Source: Takakia lepidozioides
Taxonomy: Eukaryota > Plantae > Bryophyta
Direction: 5' to 3'
Length of the DNA: 5,546 nucleotides
Assembly (NCBI GenBank): GCA_030704615.1
Contig: JAKLZA010000351.1
Coordinates: forward strand, 1 to 5,546
A model generated the notes under the pieces. It made no database searches. It had not been told where the DNA came from and saw only the letters and a program-made list of their open reading frames with translations. Each line of letters begins with the position of its first letter. The first letter of the stretch is position 1. Positions 1 through 5,546 of this stretch are shown one piece after another. The position numbers and the translations under genes are program-made.

Positions 1-9
1 TACCACTAA

Positions 10-127
10 GGATGTAGCCTGCAATTTTTCATCCATGACGGATTACATCCATCATGGATGTTACCCTGACGGATGTAAACCTACGAGGATGTAACTCTAA
101 TGAAGTGCAAAATTTCATCCCGGGATG
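10..127. repeat. Cluster of GGATG(T)/CATCC motifs in both orientations
   Basis: GGATGT at 10, 56, 71 and 87. CATCC at 30, 46 and 116. TGCAAWWTTTCATCC at 20-34 and 106-120 (13/15). Hairpin ACATCCA-TCA-TGGATGT at 45-61. Palindrome CATCCCGGGATG at 116-127. Confidence 0.8.
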
Positions 128-794
128 GTTTGCTAACCGCCTCTCTGCCCTAAGCACGGCACGATACTCGTGCTTGTTTTCTCTGGAGGATGGCGATGGC
201 GGCTGAGCTGAGTGCTCGAGCATCACGATCCGCGTGCATTTTGTTTTTTCTTGCGCGATGGCGGCAGGCCCTTCCATTTCCCGCACTGGCAAATGACCTA
301 CTGCCGTGTTTGCCTGCAATCTTTCTTATTCATGAAGCAGCAGCGCTCATAAGGTGATGGGGGAAGTATCGTGCACTTTGTAAATATGCAATTTGTCCTC
401 AAGTATCCCAATTTGTTGCATTCTGCTGTGATCTCTTCAGATTCAGGTGTTGAATGCCGCAGCGTCCCACTCCACAAACGATTAAAGTTCTTTGTGGTGT
501 CGCATCTATGTTTTACTTTTGATCAATTTGCTCGCTGTAGAATGCATGTTGGACATGGATAGCAACTGTGAAGACCTGCTACTCACCTCGTGCATCCTCA
601 CTAACACACATCTTGATGTGGTGGTTTTTGGGACGGGCACAGGTGAGGGTCTTCACTTGATGTGTATTTTTTCAGTTTGCAGATGATCAAAGGACTTGGT
701 GATGGTGACGATTGACGTTACATACTGCTTCAGTGGGGCATCTGATACGATTCGGCCTCTCGGCCTTAATCCGTTTTGGTTTTTATGGGTTGTA

Positions 795-889
795 ACCTGA
801 TTATAAGTCAGTTTTCTGGTATGATACCGGTCTGAACTTTGGCACCATATTAGTGGGGTTTTCGACCTGATTGTAAATCAGTTTTCTGG
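795..889 (+). repeat. Pair of 25-bp direct repeats, 70-bp period, each with internal dyad symmetry
   Basis: 795-819 ACCTGATTATAAGTCAGTTTTCTGG versus 865-889 ACCTGATTGTAAATCAGTTTTCTGG (23/25 identical). The second copy has the core CTGATT-N3-AATCAG. Confidence 0.9.
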
Positions 890-890
890 A

Positions 891-1161
891 GGTTTACTAT
901 TTCATGAGCAGAAACCATGAGCCATGAGCCATGAGCCGCATGAGCCGCATGAGCGGTGAGCCGAAGTCTAAGATATGCGGATTTCATGAGCGGACTCCTC
1001 CAAATTTGGAAATGCGGCAGATTAAACAAGTATTAAAATAATAGTTTTTTATTTGACCTTGCCGTTTTTGGACGTTCCAGATCATGTAATGCGGCGAAGA
1101 TATGTCGTCAGTAACAAGTCCGCTCATGGTTTTTTAGATCCGCTCATGGAAATAAGTGACC
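891..1161. repeat. Nested imperfect inverted repeat (fold-back / MITE-like, ~270 bp) with an AT-rich centre
   Basis: 985-996 CATGAGCGGACT is the exact reverse complement of 1117-1128. 912-922 AAACCATGAGC is the exact reverse complement of 1122-1132. 891-912 GGTTTACTATTTCATGAGCAGA aligns with gaps to the reverse complement of 1139-1161 (GGTCACTTATTTCCATGAGCGGA). An AT-rich stretch lies at 1021-1054. Confidence 0.65.
903..962 (+). repeat. Short tandem array of CATGAGC(CG) units
   Basis: catgagcagaaac catgagc catgagc catgagccg catgagccg catgagcgg tgagcc. ATTTCATGAGC occurs at both 899-909 and 981-991. Confidence 0.9.
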
Positions 1162-1392
1162 GTGCAACGGGAAATCCAGTATACCACTGCAAAAGGACGT
1201 CGCATACTGTCCTGTATAGAGTATTCCGCGGTTTTACATGCCTTAACATTGGAATGAAGCTGACCCTTTTGCCGCGATTGAACCAATGGAGTCTGCACCA
1301 ATACAGTCTGCAGTACTTCACAATTCTGTCTTCTTCGGGTATTCGGCGGGAAAGGTTTGCAACTGAACTGGAAATAGGGTGCCGCATTAGGG

Positions 1393-1406
1393 TTCGCACG
1401 TGCGAA
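1393..1406. repeat. Perfect 14-bp palindrome TTCGCACGTGCGAA (CACGTG core)
   Basis: It is exactly self reverse-complementary and lies just after a GCCGCAT motif at 1381-1387. Confidence 0.9.
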
Positions 1407-1466
1407 ATTTTTGGAGCGGTTTGGTGTTGGCGAAGGCCGCCTCTGGGGGTACCTACGACGATACTT

Positions 1467-1488
1467 GGAAATGCGGCGCCGCATTTCC
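1467..1488. repeat. Perfect 22-bp palindrome GGAAATGCGGCGCCGCATTTCC
   Basis: It is exactly self reverse-complementary. Its left half recurs as TTGGAAATGCGGC at 1006-1018 (13/13 with 1465-1477). Confidence 0.95.
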
Positions 1489-1844
1489 TTGTCAGAGGTC
1501 GAATGAGGAAGCAAGTTTTCGGAAAGCAGAAAAACATGAACCCTCCAACATACAAAAATACATGCACGTGGAAACAAGTGAACGATATAGTAATATCTTA
1601 GTTCGAGCAAAACAGGTTACTGGTAGGCAAGACATATGTCGGACCTTTCTGTGGCCAGAGTCTGAGGTACTGGCAGCAGTACAGTTCTACTATCCGAAAG
1701 GATGGGCGTACCATTGTATGGGGACCGCAAGCCAAGCTCACTGGTCCCTGGATCCATATTCAGAAGAGTGTGAACCTCCTGGGGGCTCAACCCTGGTGCA
1801 TGTATGAAGTGATGAGTTGTGGAATTACAACGGAGTCTCTTTAG

Positions 1845-1952
1845 GTACACGTAGTACAAATGCTTGCAAGGGCAGTATGATGCCCCCTTGTTCGCCATGA
1901 TCTGGAAGTCGGTGCAATTGCAGGTGGGTAATTCTGAAATGGTGATGGTGTA
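1845..1952 (-). CDS. SWIM zinc finger (CxC-xn-CxH) at the transposase C-terminus
   Basis: ORF 1617..1997 contains YTITISELPTCNCTDFQIMANKGASYCPCKHLYYV: a hydrophobic strand, then CxCxDF...PCKH plus hydrophobic residues. This is the canonical SWIM pattern found in MuDR-type transposases. Confidence 0.92.
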
Positions 1953-3100
1953 CACCTCATTGCGAACAGCTGAGCCCGCCGTGGCCATCTGATACACACA
2001 CGCCCGAATCCTGGTGGGGGCACTTCTGTCGAGCTCTGGATTGTACAGTTCATCCGAAGTGCATTCCCCATCCTTGTCTCGTTCACTTTTGAGGGAGGTC
2101 GCCGCCTCTTCGGTTTCCCCAACGGTGTGTAGGATGCTTAGAGCTGTCGTGTCCCATTGTTCTTGCTCTCACAGGGTCGGTGGTGGAGGCTGTGGAAGCG
2201 GAAATGGTTCTCTGGGGACGTCAGTGCGCTGCACCATCCGAAATCCTGCGGCGGTAAGGGCGTCGGCCTCAACCTGACTCAGATCGCAGCCTGGTTCCAC
2301 GGCCACACCGGGGAGCCTTTGGCATTGTTTGTATGCCGTACTTGGCTTTCCATACACGCAAGTCATAATGTCGTGCCTGCAGAACCAAACTGGGTGGTTG
2401 TCGCCTCCGCAACTTTGCATGGACAAATCTTCCTATAAAAGTAAGAGCAGGGACAGCCCCATCTGGATTCCTCCTTATCATCTCTAAACAACGTTGCCGT
2501 GTATCCACACGAATTGCGGAACACCCCTCGAAACGACGGCTTTGTGCGAGCAATTCTCCACTGTGATGCAGACACAGTCGTCTCCACAATGGCTTGCCAT
2601 ACTGCATAACAGCGGGCGGAATCTGGGGCAAGGAGCGGTGGGAATTTTTTGCACGAAATCCCGGTTGAAGGCGACGGCGATCTGGAATTTCTTGGGCTTC
2701 CTGCTGGAAGACACATTGTGCGGCAACATGACGGGACCTCGAGGTGCTGTCCGAATGTTCCTGTCGGATCTCCAGGAATCCTCTTCGCACCCAGGTTCCT
2801 CTTCAATCCTCCGCCTGACAGGGCTAGTCCGACGTCCCCCTCTATGTTCACCTCTGCGGTGCAGAGCGTCCCTTTGATCTTCTCTCGCAATGCTGTCGCC
2901 CATTTCACTGGATTCTTGGACCTCGAAGCTGTTCGTACCAACAATTCCTCCCTGTCCGGCCCAAAGCCCCATGTTTGCCGCTCAGGAACTTGTAGTACGT
3001 GGCTTGCTGCATGATTGCTCTGTCAATGTCCTCCGTTGTGGCCGTCACTACGTCCACCAGATGTGGCGGCAGAAGACGCTCGCCAGGAGCAGTGGACCGA

Positions 3101-3800
3101 TTCTGCCATATTCGTGTTCGGGCATGTCCGTGTCGGAATCCAAGCACCCCGCTCCTAGAAGGACACAAACATGGTGAGGGACCATCGAAATGTCCGTAAA
3201 AGAAAAACAATGAACGAAATTGACAGCAGCCTACTCCCGCATAATACTGTCCGAACTGTCGATCCGAAAATGCCACCACCCCACCAGCTGTGGCAATGCT
3301 CCCAGATTGGTTGTCTCCACTGCACCTGACGTGTTTCCACCAGCCACGATGATAGCAACTTAACCTCTCCGCGTCATCAAATGTGGGTGCATCCTTCCAC
3401 GCCGTACAAAGGACACGGGTTCAGCCTGGAATGAGCTAGCAACAATTTGGTAGTGTAGTGGGATAGACTCTGCATCCAATGGAATCCACAGGATCTCTCT
3501 TTCCCCCTCCATGGAACATTGGGGTCCTCACCGTACACACGCCGCACCGCTGCCCAGTTGGCCTGAGCGTTGTCTGCCATGAATCCCCTGAAATTGGGTT
3601 CTGGCAATCCCGCCCTTGCCATCTGCTCGTTTATGCCCTCCCACAGATGCATTCGGACTGTGTGTCCTCCCCTTTCATCTCGCAGATTGCAATCGTCATG
3701 AGCCTCTTGGAGTGATAGTCATAAACATGCGCACCCATAGTCACCCACTGATGGTTTTTAATTCGCTTGATGTGATCAAACATCACCCAAGCATTCGACA
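3101..3800 (-). CDS. MULE transposase catalytic core (D...D...CxxH...E), interrupted by frameshifts and one probable intron
   Basis: First Asp in WVMFDH (codon 3775-3777, in a frame not listed in the ORF track). Second Asp in FMAD (3572-3574). CGFH (3479-3490) matches the C/DxxH signature of Mutator-type transposases. Glu in TNMAE (3101-3103) matches the T-N-x-x-E motif. Order and spacing fit the MULE DDE fold. Confidence 0.85.
3155..3234 (-). other. Probable 80-nt spliceosomal GT-AG intron within the transposase
   Basis: The minus strand reads GA|GTAGGC...T-rich (ttcattgtttttctttt)...CCCTCAC (branch-site-like)...tttgtgtccttcTAG|GA. It lies between the WWHFR-RQFG segment and the PNTNMAE catalytic motif, where the translation is uninformative. 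Confidence 0.6.
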
Positions 3801-4256
3801 AGTTTTCCAGTTGTCATGCGAGTGACCAAGTACGACTCCACTCCAGGCCCACACGTCGACATTTTGAAAATGTAACAACGATCGGATTCGCTGCCTTGCC
3901 CTGGAAACCTGCTACCTTGGATGTTTCATATCCAGTCATTCGTTTCATCATTCAAAACCTCCAGGATTGAGTACATGTCCGACCCCCTGCCGAACTCCTG
4001 CTTGCAAGATAACGATGTTGATTCCGCACATTCGGACTACAAACGTGCGAGACGGACTCCAAGAGGTCACCCATCTCATCTTCGGTCAAGGGCTCTCGTG
4101 TCGGAACCATCTTCAGACATGATTTTGCCAGAGCAATCTTGTGGCTGCCTTCAGCTGAATCTGCTTTGGTCTGGCTCCGGGGCTCAATTTCACCTCCTCT
4201 TTATGATGTCGTGTGCTTCCTGCACAGCCTCACGCACGCATGTTGCCTCTCGCTAA

Positions 4257-4609
4257 GGGGTGGCAGTGGACCCCAACGTGTATGCAAGCTCTAGTCAAGT
4301 CCGGGAGCAACTGGATTACGTAATATTGCTTGGCTCTGCACATGGACATGCACGTCGGTGGTTCTTTGCAATGTGCACACTTGAAAAACCCGCAGGAGCT
4401 TGGCTGGAGGACAATGAATGGATGATGCGTTGTGCCAGTCAATCCGTCTCGTTTCTCCGCCCTCCTTTGGAGAGAAATGAAGCAGGTGGGATTGAGGCAC
4501 CTCAGCTTTCCCCGCACAGAGGATATATCGTACACGAACACCATCAGCAATTTTCGTGCTACTGGTCTTCGTCACACCACCAGGGGTGTCCGTCATGCTT
4601 TCGATCCAT
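4257..4609 (-). CDS. GCM/WRKY-superfamily zinc-binding DNA-binding domain of the transposase (split over three frames)
   Basis: Reconstructed as GHPW-GVTKTSSTKIADGVRVRYILCAGK-LRCLNPTC...FKCAHCKEPPTCMSMCRAKQYYVIQLLPDLTRACIHVGVHCHP. The pattern W...CxGxxxCx4C...CxxC...C...GxHxHP parallels the metazoan GCM domain as I recall it (W..SCLGVVVC..C..CPNC..C..GEHDHP). Judged by eye only. Confidence 0.7.
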
Positions 4610-5546
4610 GCTGTTAACATCCGGAGGCTTTCTTTGACGAAGAAACAGGTGGAAACTCGAAGATGACATTGCCATCGACTTTGGGCGGCAGAAAGTTACC
4701 TTTCGACTGGAATTTGGCATAGTCGAGAGCAGCCAGCTCGGAGCGAGAAACCATCGAGGTGATGTTGTCGTAGAGCTGCACAATGGACCGGTTGGAGTTT
4801 ATGCTCGAGGCACATTCGTAGCACCCGACAGAGACGTCCATGCCGGATTTGAACGACCGTTTGGAGGACTGGTACCCTCAATGCAATCATCTTCCTCTTC
4901 GTCGGAAATGTCGAATACGTCCACACGAGAAGCTATGGATGGTCTTGACGGTCCCAGGTCGGGAATGATTACTTGCATACCTCTCTGTGGCAGTGGCCGC
5001 TCTCGGTTTCCGGACTCCTTTGTGGATGTGTGGGCAGCGACTGATTCGGAAAGGGAATGGCATTCCCACAGCTCGTTACCGGAGGTGTCTGACGGGGAAC
5101 GTGCCAATTCAATTCCGCAACCTCCGTCGTTACCTAGCACGACAATGGTCTCGTCAACCTGTCCAGGAACATCCTATCTTTCTTCTTCAAATAAAACTGT
5201 GCCCGGTTTGAGCTTGAATTTGGAACAAAAGGTAAGTTTCAGTCACTCTGCAAGTCTTCCCTCGTTGGGATCCAGGCTCTCCCCAGTTGCGGGAGGAAGC
5301 AAACTATAGCGTAGGAATTCGGAGCCATCGACACCGCATGAGTTGGCACGTGCGAGGTTCAGTATAGCGACAAGAACCAAGGCTCACAGGCCCATCTAAG
5401 TGGCTTCTGCGGAGTCCATCGACTTTGGAAGTCGCACATTGAAGTGAAAGTATTGTTTCAAAGCTACATGCATGAAGGTGGGAGGTTTGATTCCATAGCC
5501 AGTAAGTAGGACATGATGGCCGATCCGGCTACGAAATAACATCTCC

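Larger units (their letters stand above)
891..5546 (-). mobile_element. Mutator-like DNA transposon (partial: one putative end inside the window, the other outside)
   Basis: A transposase gene followed by a motif-dense, apparently non-coding 3' region (890-1490). The left boundary is inferred only, since no partner TIR or target-site duplication is visible in the window. Confidence 0.55.
1617..5546 (-). pseudogene. Frameshifted Mutator-like (MULE/MuDR superfamily) DDE transposase gene with N-terminal GCM-like zinc domain and C-terminal SWIM finger; the 5' end probably lies at or beyond the window edge
   Basis: Manual stitching of minus-strand frames gives collinear motifs: FLPPKVDGNVIFEFPP / MDRKHDGHPW / CAGK-LRCLNPTC..CAHC..C..HVGVHCHP / SPNVRN / FPGQGSESDRCYIFKMS / AWVMFDHIKRIKNHQWVTMGAHVYD..LMTIAICEMKGED / FRGFMADNAQANWAAVRRVYG..ERSCGFHWMQSL / WWHFR-RQFG / PNTNMAESVH / YTITISELPTCNCTDF..CKHLYYV. 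More than a dozen frame switches are needed. In-frame stops occur at 5174-5176 and 5243-5245. The stop at 1617-1619 ends the SWIM-containing frame. The 5' boundary is uncertain. Confidence 0.88.

Noticed and set aside
29-319. ORF 29..319 (-), 96 aa
   Set aside because: It has a non-ATG start and no recognisable domain, and it runs through the GGATG motif cluster.
795-889. CRISPR-like repeat-spacer-repeat (25-bp dyad repeat, 45-bp spacer)
   Set aside because: There are only two copies, no cas genes, and the context is a eukaryotic transposon.
1048-1053. AATAAA on the minus strand as the transposase poly(A) signal
   Set aside because: It is a single hexamer in an AT-rich patch ~560 nt past the stop and cannot be supported without transcript data.
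1467-1505. Helitron 3' hairpin or bacterial rho-independent terminator
   Set aside because: No CTRR follows at the expected distance on either strand, there is no loop and U-tract, and no Rep/helicase sequence is present.
1053-1610. Overlapping ORFs 1053..1601(+), 1124..1567(-) and 1134..1610(-)
   Set aside because: They have no recognisable motifs, the plus ORF starts at TTG, and they overlap the repeat/palindrome zone. Most likely chance ORFs, although a small accessory gene cannot be fully excluded.
1617-4841. Operon of several small separate genes, or programmed frameshifting
   Set aside because: The fragments are collinear parts of one transposase. The frame switches are too many, occur in both directions and lack consistent slippery sites.
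2014-5309. Numerous plus-strand ORFs (e.g. 2494..2877, 3921..4256, 4260..4637, 4881..5309)
   Set aside because: They are antisense shadows of the minus-strand transposase and have no independent motifs.

Overview
This is eukaryotic, probably plant, DNA. Most of the window (about 1617 to the right edge, minus strand) is one long, heavily frameshifted Mutator-like (MULE) DDE transposase gene that the ORF track splits into many fragments. Stitched together, it reads: an uncharacterised N-terminal region, an acidic linker, a GCM/WRKY-type Cys/His zinc DNA-binding domain (~4257-4609), the MULE catalytic core (D 3775-3777, D 3572-3574, CxxH 3479-3490, E 3101-3103, with a likely 80-nt GT-AG intron at 3155-3234), an extra four-Cys module (~2358-2560) and a C-terminal SWIM finger (~1845-1952). 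Downstream of the gene (~790-1490) is a structured, apparently non-coding region. It holds eight ATGCGG/CCGCAT hexamers resembling the animal GCM recognition site, two perfect palindromes, a CATGAGC micro-array inside a ~270-bp fold-back, and a 25-bp direct repeat pair. Together these look like the subterminal/terminal region of the element. A separate GGATGT/CATCC motif cluster lies at 10-127. I saw no RNA genes, CRISPR array or prokaryotic gene organisation. All domain calls come from reading motifs by eye, not from database searches.
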